A stretch of DNA of 21,272 bases, from IMG/VR virus record IMGVR_UViG_2778261501_000004, positions 1 to 21,272 of that record. One strand, 5' to 3'. Positions within the stretch are counted from its first letter, which is position 1, and each line of letters starts with the position of its first letter. The notes beneath the pieces were generated by a model, which saw only the letters and a program-made list of their open reading frames with translations, was not told the DNA's origin and did no database searches. This document shows, one piece after another, positions 1-7,634 of this stretch. A program made the translations under genes and the position numbers. The DNA comes from a virus. Taxonomy: Duplodnaviria; Heunggongvirae; Uroviricota; Caudoviricetes.

Positions 1-981
1 TTATAACGTCACTCCGCCTTTTAGTGGATTCAGAGCGACGGCGTTCTGCAGGTAGTCAGGCGCAAGGTGCGCATAGGTCATTGTCTGCTGAATGCTCGCA
101 TGCCCCAGAATCTGTTGCAGTGCAATTATGTTGCCCCCATTCATCATGAAATGGCTTGCGAATGTATGCCGCAGAATGTGGGTTGCCTGATTGGGAGGTA
201 TATCAGGTTTCACTCTGCGTAAAATCCCGCAAAACTTCTCATAATCTACCTTGAACAATTTGGCGCTGGCCTCCTCTTTAACTTTTTTCTCCAGTTCCTC
301 AGAAATCGGCACTGTTCGCTTTTTACCGTTTTTGGTTTTCAGGAAGGTAACCCTGCAACTTGTAATCTGTGCTGGTTTTAGCGTGGCAACTTCCGTCCAT
401 CTTCCTCCAGTGCTCAGACATAAAAGCGCGACAAGTAAGTCATCACCAGTCAAAACATTTAGCAGTTTTTCGATTTCTGCTTTTTCCAGGAACGTCATTT
501 CAGGGTTAGCCTCCGTCAGTGGCGGCAGTCCGTGAATTGGGTGTTGCCCGGAAAATTCATCCAATTGAATTAATTTTGTGAACATGCCGGATAATCGGTA
601 CATGTCGCGGTTTATCGTTGCAGCACTGATGCCATCACGTAGTCGCATGGAGCGATAATCCATCAAAGCCCTTTTGTTCATCCGGCTCACTGGTATATCA
701 CCTATGCCGCTGATGGTTTTGAGCAGATGATTAAACTCTTTTGTCCCATGCTCGTGGTTTTGCCCGTGGTATTTCCACCAGATGTCGAGCAATTCTGTCA
801 AAGTTCGGCGGTCTGCTCGCTGGCCTCCCCATTCTTTCTGACTGGCATTGGCGATTGTGTATCGCTCAAATGCTAGTGCTTCAGCTTTTCTTTCAAATTT
901 CCTGCGGATGCGTTTTCCGTCGCGACCGCGAGGTCTAATGTCCACTTCATAGCGACCATCATCGAGCTTCTTAATTGCCAT
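1..981 (-). CDS. int: Tyrosine integrase of P2/186 type, int. The ORF extends to 1011, but the ATG at 981 has a GGAGGG Shine-Dalgarno and gives an MAIKKLDDGRYEVD N-terminus.
   Basis: N-terminus MAIKKLDDGRYEVDIRP and the C-terminal HxLRHTFA…Y catalytic region typical of P2 Int. Stop TAA at positions 1–3. The upstream ATG at 1011 has no RBS. Confidence 0.85.
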   Translation of the reverse strand: MAIKKLDDGRYEVDIRPRGRDGKRIRRKFERKAEALAFERYTIANASQKEWGGQRADRRTLTELLDIWWKYHGQNHEHGTKEFNHLLKTISGIGDIPVSRMNKRALMDYRSMRLRDGISAATINRDMYRLSGMFTKLIQLDEFSGQHPIHGLPPLTEANPEMTFLEKAEIEKLLNVLTGDDLLVALLCLSTGGRWTEVATLKPAQITSCRVTFLKTKNGKKRTVPISEELEKKVKEEASAKLFKVDYEKFCGILRRVKPDIPPNQATHILRHTFASHFMMNGGNIIALQQILGHASIQQTMTYAHLAPDYLQNAVALNPLKGGVTL

Positions 982-1050
982 AAGAAAGCCCTCCGGCGCT
1001 GTATTCACCATCTTGGTGGCAAATGGTGAAAATGTAATTTTTATATAGAG

Positions 1051-1344
1051 TTAGCCAATCCTTTTCGCGGAGTGGTCGGATTCTGTTGACTCTGGCCCAA
1101 TGTGCGCGAGAGCCGGTGCGATTTGTCCCGCTTCCGGCGCTGTTTTATCTGTCATGAGCCATAGTGTGTATTTTTGGAACTGAGGTGCATTGGTGACCTG
1201 CAACACAACTTGGATGCCAGGGTCTTGATGGCCTCCTTCGTAATTCTTTAGCGTTCCTAACGCTATACCGCTGATTTCACTGAATTTTGCTTGAGTTAGC
1301 CCTTCCGATTGTCTTATTACTCTTAATTTCTGTGCGATATTCAT
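1051..1344 (-). CDS. C: Immunity repressor C, a P2-type HTH repressor of 97 aa. The ORF track extends it to 1527, but the ATG at 1344 fits the P2 C size.
   Basis: Internal Met followed by an HTH segment, MNIAQKLRVIRQSEGLTQAKFSEISGIALGTLKNYEGG. Sits next to int and is transcribed the same way as int, as in P2. Confidence 0.7.
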   Translation of the reverse strand: MNIAQKLRVIRQSEGLTQAKFSEISGIALGTLKNYEGGHQDPGIQVVLQVTNAPQFQKYTLWLMTDKTAPEAGQIAPALAHIGPESTESDHSAKRIG

Positions 1345-1479
1345 TTGACATAGTCCTGACTTAATGACTATATTCCCCGAAAAGGTCATTAATCCAGAAC
1401 CTTTTCGGGCGTGAGTCCAGCGCCGCTTAAACGGTTCCAAGCGGTTTTTAAGGGGCTGGATCCTATGAGGGTAACATAG
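1345..1479. promoter_or_regulatory. Pc/Pe lysogeny–lysis switch region. Candidate Pe has -35 TTGACA at 1345–1350 and -10 TATATT at 1369–1374. Nested inverted repeats are candidate C/Cox operators.
   Basis: TTGACA, an 18-nt spacer, then TATATT reading toward cox. One inverted repeat is TTAATGAC (1361–1368) with GTCATTAA (1385–1392). A second 10-bp inverted repeat is CCCGAAAAGG (1376–1385) with CCTTTTCGGG (1400–1409). Confidence 0.45.
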
Positions 1480-1752
1480 ATGGAAGTTAATGATTATGTG
1501 ATTAAGTACCCGCTTGATGCGGTACATGCGGAAAAGTTTGCAGATTTATTGGGTAAACCAAAAACCGCAGTTACAGAAATGATAAAGGCTAACAAGCTAC
1601 CGGTTATCGAGCTTCGAGATCCAAATAAGCCGAAGGCCCGCGCCGGTGAGAAATGGGTTTTCATTCCAGAGTTTAATCGCGCTGTACGTGAGGCGTTTTA
1701 TAACCGACCGGTTGAACAGCGTGATGCATGGCTTTTGTGGATGGGGTTGTGA
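1480..1752 (+). CDS. cox: Cox-like excisionase and transcriptional repressor of Pc.
   Basis: 90-aa protein facing away from C. Shine-Dalgarno GAGGG 8 nt upstream. The motifs KLPVIEL…DPNKPKARAGEKWVFIPEFN resemble P2 Cox (KLPVIDM…GRAGEYWVYLP). Ends …WLLWMGL like P2 Cox (WLMWLGL). Confidence 0.8.
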   Translation: MEVNDYVIKYPLDAVHAEKFADLLGKPKTAVTEMIKANKLPVIELRDPNKPKARAGEKWVFIPEFNRAVREAFYNRPVEQRDAWLLWMGL

Positions 1753-1754
1753 TT

Positions 1755-1925
1755 ATGAATGAGCCGCGTTGTATTGCTCAGTTACTGCGTAACGAAAGCC
1801 CCAGGGCGATTGACTTCACCATCACCCACGGGAAGGGACGCAAGGGAATCATTATCCGCACCAAAAAACAGAGTCCGTTAAAAAAGGCTCTGACCTTTCT
1901 GAAAAGCCGGAGGGTATGGAAATGA
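1755..1925 (+). CDS. Small hypothetical protein of 56 aa at the P2 orf78 position between cox and B.
   Basis: ATG sits 2 nt after the cox stop. Its stop TGA overlaps the B start ATG (ATGA), suggesting translational coupling. No recognisable domain. Confidence 0.4.
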   Translation: MNEPRCIAQLLRNESPRAIDFTITHGKGRKGIIIRTKKQSPLKKALTFLKSRRVWK

Positions 1926-2422
1926 CAGTGATGACGCTCAATCTCGTTGAAAAACAGCCAGCAACTATGCGCCGGATAATTGGTAAGCATCTGGCCGTCC
2001 CTCGCTGGCAGGAGACATGTGATTATTATAATCAGATGATGGAACGCGAACGGCTAACGGTTTGCTTTCATGCGCAGTTAAAACAGCGTCACGCAACGAT
2101 GCGTTTTGAAGAAATGAATGACGTCGAACGTGAACGGCTGGTTTGTGCAATTGATGAATTGCGTGGGGCATTCTCAAAACGCCGTCAGGTTGGCGCAAGT
2201 GAGTATGCATATATTAGTTTTTTAACAGTCAGTCAGCGTCGCACTTTATTTATGCACGCACGACTGACAGAAAAAGAATTTAACCAGCCATACTGGCGAA
2301 TTAATGAAGAATCATGTTACTGGCGTGATGCTTTATTCCGTGCGTTACGTGAATTATTCAGTCTGTTTGAGTATGCACCGACAATTCTGACGTCGGTAAA
2401 ACCAGAGCAATATCTGCATTAA
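1922..2422 (+). CDS. B: Replication protein B, a P2 gpB-like helicase-loading factor. The ATG at 1922 gives 166 aa; an alternative ATG is at 1916.
   Basis: Length is exactly that of P2 B (166 aa). It sits after cox. GGAGGG Shine-Dalgarno at 1908–1913. Confidence 0.75.
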   Translation: MTVMTLNLVEKQPATMRRIIGKHLAVPRWQETCDYYNQMMERERLTVCFHAQLKQRHATMRFEEMNDVERERLVCAIDELRGAFSKRRQVGASEYAYISFLTVSQRRTLFMHARLTEKEFNQPYWRINEESCYWRDALFRALRELFSLFEYAPTILTSVKPEQYLH

Positions 2423-2486
2423 ATAATTAACCAGAGTTTTTAACGCACTTAATCGTGCGGGGGCTTCTTTTTGCCTGGAGAAAGTC

Positions 2487-2711
2487 ATGCATACAGTTTC
2501 TGAAAACAAGTGCGGTAAATACGCATTACTGCTGCAACAGGCCAGAGCCGAAGCACAGGCCGACGCAGCGACACGCTTTTCTTCTCATCTTGACGCCATG
2601 ATTCGCCATATCACAAAGGCGGAGTTATCCCGCGTGGAGATAGTCGAGCTGCTCAGTCAGGAGTCGGAAAAATTTCACAATATCGGATTGTCTCGCGGGG
2701 AGGTGCTTTGA
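2487..2711 (+). CDS. Hypothetical early protein, P2 orf80-like.
   Basis: 74 aa. Shine-Dalgarno GGAGA 6 nt upstream. TGATG overlap with the next gene. Confidence 0.6.
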   Translation: MHTVSENKCGKYALLLQQARAEAQADAATRFSSHLDAMIRHITKAELSRVEIVELLSQESEKFHNIGLSRGEVL

Positions 2712-3010
2712 TGTCCTGTTCTAATTCAGTTGTATTACTGAATAACGCCTTAAAAATCGCCGTTATGAAAAATGGCGATTTATCTCTTATTCAACTTTGC
2801 CTTGATAAAGAAAAACGCGACATAACTGAATCTGTTATCGCGATTTATCAGAATGAATTAAACCTCCTGTCTGATGTGGTCAATTTACTTGTTAAACGCG
2901 CTGTATTCCACAAGCAAATTTCCTCAGTGGATGAACTGACAAAATTAACGACAGAACTTGCCAGTTATTGCGCTGATGTATCCAGGAAACTTAACGATAA
3001 AAGGAGCTGA
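2711..3010 (+). CDS. Hypothetical early protein, P2 orf81-like.
   Basis: 99 aa from the ATG at 2711. The track starts it at the TTG at 2708. Coupled to the upstream ORF. Confidence 0.55.
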   Translation: MSCSNSVVLLNNALKIAVMKNGDLSLIQLCLDKEKRDITESVIAIYQNELNLLSDVVNLLVKRAVFHKQISSVDELTKLTTELASYCADVSRKLNDKRS

Positions 3011-3012
3011 TA

Positions 3013-3237
3013 ATGCCGGACAACGTAGATTTTATTCAGGAACAACAGACTGAATTACTGGAGCGTCAGATTAACGCGGCAAGGGTAAAGCATTGCGGTG
3101 TTTCTGCGCTGGTTTGCGAAGAGTGTGACGCGCCAATACCTGCTGCCCGTCGTGCGGCTTATCCGTCAGCCACGCGTTGTGTTTCCTGCCAGTCAGTCTT
3201 TGAAGCAAAAAACAAACATTACCGGAGAACGGCATGA
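3013..3237 (+). CDS. TraR/DksA-family C4 zinc-finger protein, P2 orf82-like.
   Basis: CEECDAPIP…CVSCQ two-CxxC motif in a 74-aa protein. AAGGAG Shine-Dalgarno at 3001–3006. Confidence 0.7.
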   Translation: MPDNVDFIQEQQTELLERQINAARVKHCGVSALVCEECDAPIPAARRAAYPSATRCVSCQSVFEAKNKHYRRTA

Positions 3238-3509
3238 GTATTCGTATTGAAATTGGCGAACGTTATGTCGTTACCAGTGACAGCTTTCAGTTTATTCTCC
3301 ACGAGAAAAAGAGAGCGGAAAGCGGTAAAAACGCCGGTCAGGAATGGCTGTCGGTGGTTGGTTATTATCCGAAATTAAGCCAGCTCGTTTCCGGCCTGAT
3401 GCATCACGATATTCTGACCGGAAGCGCAAAGTCTTTTGCTGATTTAAACGCGCAGGTTGAGCAACTCAGCAGGCGTTGTTCAGAGGCTTTTGGCTCATAT
3501 GGCCGTTAA
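3234..3509 (+). CDS. Hypothetical early protein, P2 orf83-like.
   Basis: 91 aa. ATGA overlap with the upstream gene. GGAGA Shine-Dalgarno. Confidence 0.55.
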   Translation: MSIRIEIGERYVVTSDSFQFILHEKKRAESGKNAGQEWLSVVGYYPKLSQLVSGLMHHDILTGSAKSFADLNAQVEQLSRRCSEAFGSYGR

Positions 3510-5784
3510 AGCCTCCGGGCGTTTTGTCCCTCCGTCAGCATTTGCCGCAGGCACCGGTAAGGCGTTTACCGGTGCTTATGCATGGAACGCGCCACGCGAG
3601 GCTGTCGGGCGCGAAAGACCCCTTACACGTGACGAGATGCGTCAGGTGCAAGGTGTTTTATCCACGATTAACCGCCTGCCTTACTTTTTGCGCTCGCTGT
3701 TTACTTCACGCTATGACTACATCCGGCGCAATAAAAGCCCGGTGCACGGGTTTTATTTCCTCACATCCACTTTTCAGCGTCGTTTATGGCCGCGCATTGA
3801 GCGTGTGAATCAGCGCCATGAAATGAACACCGACGCGTCGTTGCTGTTTCTGGCAGAGCGCGACCAGTATGCGCGCCTGCCGGGGATGAATGACAAGGAG
3901 CTGAAAAAGTTTGCTGCCCGTATCTCATCGCAGCTTTTCATGATGTATGAGGAACTCTGCGATGCCTGGGTTGATGCACATGGCGAAAAAGAATCGCTGT
4001 TTACGGATGAGGCGCAGGCTCACCTCTATGGTCATGTTGCTGGCGCTGCGCGTGCTTTCAATATTTCCCCGCTTTACTGGAAAAAATACCGTAAAGGGCA
4101 GATGACCACGAGGCAGGCATATTCTGCCATTGCCCGCCTGTTTAACGATGAGTGGTGGACTCATCAGCTTAAAGGCCAGCGTATGCGCTGGCATGAGGCG
4201 TTACTGATTGCTGTCGGGGAGGTCAATAAAGACCGTTCTCCTTATGCCAGTAAACATGCCATTCGTGATGTGCGTGCGCGCCGCCAGGCAAATCTGGAAT
4301 TTCTTAAATCGTGTGACCTTGAAAACAAGGAAACCGGCGAGCGCATCGACCTTATCAGTAAGGTGATGGGCAGTATTTCTAATCCTGAAATTCGCCGGAT
4401 GGAGCTGATGAACACCATTGCCGGTATTGAGCGTTACGCCGCCGCAGAGGGTGATGTGGGGATGTTTATCACGCTGACCGCGCCGTCAAAGTATCACCCG
4501 ACACGTCAGGTCAGAAAAGGCGAAAGTAAAACCGTTCAGCTTAATCACGGCTGGAACGATGAGGCATTTAATCCAAAGGATGCGCAGCGTTATCTCTGCC
4601 GCATCTGGAGCCTGATGCGCACGGCATTCAAGGATAATGATTTACAGGTCTACGGTTTGCGTGTCGTCGAGCCACACCACGACGGAACGCCGCACTGGCA
4701 TATGATGCTTTTTTGTAATCCACGCCAGCGTAACCAGATTATCGAAATCATGCGTCGCTACGCGCTCAAAGAGGATGGAGACGAAAGAGGAGCTGCGCGA
4801 AACCGTTTTCAGGCAAAACACCTTAACCGGGGCGGTGCTGCGGGATATATCGCGAAATACATTTCAAAAAACATCGACGGCTATGCACTGGATGGTCAGC
4901 TCGATAACGACACCGGCAGGCCGCTGAAAGACACTGCAGCGGCTGTTACCGCATGGGCGTCAACGTGGCGCATCCCGCAATTTAAAACGGTTGGCCTGCC
5001 GACAATGGGGGCTTACCGTGAACTACGCAAATTGCCGCGCGGCGTCAGCATTGCTGATGAGTTTGACGAGCGCGTCGAGGCTGCACGCGCCGCCGCAGAC
5101 AGTGGTGATTTTGCGTTGTATATCAGCGCGCAGGGTGGGGCAAATGTCCCGCGCGATTGTCAGACTGTCAGGGTTGCCCGTAGCCCGTCGGATGACGTTA
5201 ACGAGTACGAGGAAGAAGTCGAGAGAGTGGTCGGCATTTACGCGCCGCATCTCGGCGCGCGTCATATTCATATCACCAGAACGACGGACTGGCGCATTGT
5301 TCCGAAAGTGCCGGTCGTTGAGCCTTTGACTTTAAAAAGCGGCATCGCCGCGCCTCGGAGTCCTGTCAATAACTGTGGAAAGCTTACCGGCGGTGATACT
5401 TCGTTACCGGCTCCCACACCTTCTGAGCACGTCGCAGCAGTGCTTAATCTGGTTGATGACGGTGTTATCGAATGGAATGACCCGGAGGTCGTGAGGGCGC
5501 TCAGGAGCGCATTAAAATACGGCCTGAGAACCTCAAACCGTCAGCAAAGAAACGGAAGCCCGTTAAAACCGCATGAAATTGCACCATCGGCCAGACTGAC
5601 CCGGTCGGAAAGAATGCAAATTACCCGTATCCGCGTTGACCTTGCTCATAACGGTATCAGGCCGCAGCGATGGGAGCTTGAGGCGCTGGCGCGTGGCGCG
5701 ACCGTAAATTATGACGGGAAAAAATTCACTTATCCGGTCGCTGATGAGTGGCCGGGATTCTCAACAGTAATGGAGTGGAAATGA
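3499..5784 (+). CDS. A: Replication initiation protein A, a rolling-circle nicking endonuclease. The ATG at 3499 gives 761 aa, the same as P2 gpA.
   Basis: Large basic protein at the gpA position. The HxH-type motif 'HWHMMLF' and the Tyr-rich 'AAGYIAKYISKNIDGY' segment fit the rolling-circle Rep superfamily. The track's ORF starts earlier at a TTG at 3457. Confidence 0.85.
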   Translation: MAVKASGRFVPPSAFAAGTGKAFTGAYAWNAPREAVGRERPLTRDEMRQVQGVLSTINRLPYFLRSLFTSRYDYIRRNKSPVHGFYFLTSTFQRRLWPRIERVNQRHEMNTDASLLFLAERDQYARLPGMNDKELKKFAARISSQLFMMYEELCDAWVDAHGEKESLFTDEAQAHLYGHVAGAARAFNISPLYWKKYRKGQMTTRQAYSAIARLFNDEWWTHQLKGQRMRWHEALLIAVGEVNKDRSPYASKHAIRDVRARRQANLEFLKSCDLENKETGERIDLISKVMGSISNPEIRRMELMNTIAGIERYAAAEGDVGMFITLTAPSKYHPTRQVRKGESKTVQLNHGWNDEAFNPKDAQRYLCRIWSLMRTAFKDNDLQVYGLRVVEPHHDGTPHWHMMLFCNPRQRNQIIEIMRRYALKEDGDERGAARNRFQAKHLNRGGAAGYIAKYISKNIDGYALDGQLDNDTGRPLKDTAAAVTAWASTWRIPQFKTVGLPTMGAYRELRKLPRGVSIADEFDERVEAARAAADSGDFALYISAQGGANVPRDCQTVRVARSPSDDVNEYEEEVERVVGIYAPHLGARHIHITRTTDWRIVPKVPVVEPLTLKSGIAAPRSPVNNCGKLTGGDTSLPAPTPSEHVAAVLNLVDDGVIEWNDPEVVRALRSALKYGLRTSNRQQRNGSPLKPHEIAPSARLTRSERMQITRIRVDLAHNGIRPQRWELEALARGATVNYDGKKFTYPVADEWPGFSTVMEWK
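5350..5369 (+). other. Putative origin of replication (nick site) inside gene A: GCGCCTCGGAGTCCTGTCAA.
   Basis: P2 ori lies inside the 3' part of A. This 20-mer matches my recollection of the P2 nick-site region. Position and memory only. Confidence 0.35.
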
Positions 5785-6227
5785 TGGCAAAAATTCACGA
5801 GGTAAAGCTGCACGCCAAATATTTTGACCTTGTGCTGGAAGGAAAGAAACGCGCAGAGTTTCGGAAAAATGACCGTAATTATGAGCGCGGGGACACGTTG
5901 ATTTTGCATGAATGGGTACAGGGTGTGTATACGGGGCGAAAGGTTGAAGCCCGGATAACAGATGTTACTGACCTGTCAGACTGGCTGGAAGATTATGTCT
6001 TGCTAAGTATTGAGCGGCTTAATACAGGCGCATATGAGATTGTGAACTGGAAAGAACTTAGTGAGCGTGGTCTGGTATTCAGAATTAATCATGAAATTAT
6101 GCATCAGCTCGGCCTTGCTGTTATGTATGAGCCGGAGACGGGGCTGTCTGGCGGGGCAGTGGTTACTGCGGATGGGATATGGAACTATTCAGATGAACAG
6201 GTGGAGCGTACAAAGCAAAACGGGTGA
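5784..6227 (+). CDS. ASCH/DUF3850 (PUA-like) domain protein.
   Basis: N-terminal segment KIHEVKLHAKYFDLVLEGKKRAEFRKNDRNYERGDTLILHEW is typical of ASCH/DUF3850. ATG overlaps the A stop (ATGATGG). GGAGT Shine-Dalgarno. Confidence 0.65.
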   Translation: MAKIHEVKLHAKYFDLVLEGKKRAEFRKNDRNYERGDTLILHEWVQGVYTGRKVEARITDVTDLSDWLEDYVLLSIERLNTGAYEIVNWKELSERGLVFRINHEIMHQLGLAVMYEPETGLSGGAVVTADGIWNYSDEQVERTKQNG

Positions 6228-6235
6228 CTTGGATA

Positions 6236-6442
6236 ATGCACAGAATACCAGGCGAGATACCGCACCATAAAACTAAAAATATCAAGCTGATGGCTATTGT
6301 TCAGCGTTTACAGCGGATTATGGTCAACGAAAATCTGACGCCCGATGAGCTGGTCGGGTGTGCCGAAATAGTCCGGGATAATTACGGGCGGTTTAACCAT
6401 ATCGGTCAATCAAGAGTTACGCCACCACCACGCAGACGATAG
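6236..6442 (+). CDS. Small hypothetical protein of about 68 aa. The start is uncertain; the alternative ATG at 6290 gives 50 aa.
   Basis: ORF directly after the ASCH gene. No strong RBS. Arg/Pro-rich tail (TPPPRRR). Confidence 0.3.
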   Translation: MHRIPGEIPHHKTKNIKLMAIVQRLQRIMVNENLTPDELVGCAEIVRDNYGRFNHIGQSRVTPPPRRR

Positions 6443-6639
6443 AGAACGCCGCCAGTCGTGAAACTTGTTTTCAGGGCTGGCGGGGTTGAACAACGAGCGA
6501 AGCGAGGCGTTAGCTAGGCTTTCTATATTGTTTACAATTAAACCTATCCAGAATTAATTGGAATTCAATTTGATCTTTTTCTCGCTACATATGGCCACAA
6601 GTACCAAAACGTGAGAACATCAAAGCTAGGCGAAATCTA

Positions 6640-6695
6640 GCTTTTCCATAGGAGTTGTTTCGTTATAATACGCGGTCGGTTTTTAGGAGGGGTCA
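6640..6695 (+). promoter_or_regulatory. Candidate sigma70 promoter and RBS for the methyltransferase: -10 TATAAT at 6664–6669 and AGGAGG at 6685–6690.
   Basis: Perfect TATAAT 26 nt upstream of a perfect AGGAGG. The -35 is weak (TTTCCA/TTCCAT region). AT-rich foreign DNA. Confidence 0.4.
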
Positions 6696-7634
6696 ATGCC
6701 AACTGTAGTGTCGCTTTTTTCCGGGTGTGGTGGTTCTGATGCAGGAGTCTTGAAGGCTGGGTTTGATGTTCTAATGGCGAATGACATTTTACCTTACGCT
6801 CGTGATGTGTATTTGGCTAACCATCCAGAAACTGATTATGTTTTGGGTGATGTCTCCACTATTGAATCGTTTCCATCTGCTGAACTGCTGGTTGGTTGCT
6901 ATCCCTGTCAAGGTTTTAGCCAAGGTGGAGTTCGAAAAGCTGATAGAAAAATTAATACGCTATACTTAGAGTTTGCAAGAGCTTTAAGAATAGTTAAGCC
7001 AAAAGCGTTCATTGTTGAAAACGTTTCTGGCATGTTGCGAAGTAACTTTGAACATTTGTTGAAAGATCAGTTCAAGGTTTTCGAAGAGGCTGGTTACAGA
7101 GTTAAATCTAAAATTCTAAATGCTTCTCATTTTGGTGTTGCTCAGGATCGTAAGCGCATTTTTATTGTTGGCATACATGAGAGATTTGGAGTTGATTTTT
7201 CGTTTCCAGTCGCGACTCATGGCGAAGGATTGAAAAGAGTGACTACTATCCGTGATGCGATAGGTTCGTTACCGGAATGGCCTGTTGGAGAGTTTTATGA
7301 TGCCGATTTCCATTGGTATTATTTATCAAGAAATCGCCGTCAGGACTGGGATCAAATCTCAAAAACCATAGTTGCTAATCCAAGGCATATGCCTTTACAT
7401 CCAATTAGTCCAACTCTTATAAAGTTAGGTCCAGATAAATGGCAATTTACATCAAATGAACGTGCACGGCGTTTTAGTTTTCGTGAGGCTGCTTATCTTC
7501 AAGGATTTAGTAATTTAGTTTTTCCTGAAACAGAGCGAGCATCCATGAATATGAAATATACAGTTGTCGGAAACGCCGTACCGCCCCCTTTATTCGAAGC
7601 GGTAGCGCGTTCATTACCTGATATTTGGGATTAA
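6696..7634 (+). CDS. DNA (cytosine-5)-methyltransferase, a compact 312-aa enzyme.
   Basis: Motif I FSGCGG, motif IV PCQGFS (catalytic Cys), motif VI ENV, motif VIII QDRKRIF, motif X GNAV. A variable target-recognition domain lies between VIII and IX. Confidence 0.9.
   Translation: MPTVVSLFSGCGGSDAGVLKAGFDVLMANDILPYARDVYLANHPETDYVLGDVSTIESFPSAELLVGCYPCQGFSQGGVRKADRKINTLYLEFARALRIVKPKAFIVENVSGMLRSNFEHLLKDQFKVFEEAGYRVKSKILNASHFGVAQDRKRIFIVGIHERFGVDFSFPVATHGEGLKRVTTIRDAIGSLPEWPVGEFYDADFHWYYLSRNRRQDWDQISKTIVANPRHMPLHPISPTLIKLGPDKWQFTSNERARRFSFREAAYLQGFSNLVFPETERASMNMKYTVVGNAVPPPLFEAVARSLPDIWD

Noticed and set aside
3476-3808. 110-aa ORF in another frame at the start of gene A.
   Set aside because: It lies inside the gpA coding sequence, has no RBS, and has a Cys/Arg-rich composition typical of out-of-frame artefacts.
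6443-6540. Weak inverted repeat CCGCCAG…CTGGCGG after the small ORF, as a possible terminator.
   Set aside because: It has a 7-bp stem with a 21-nt loop and no T-tract. That is not convincing as an intrinsic terminator and is more likely just the backbone–cargo junction.
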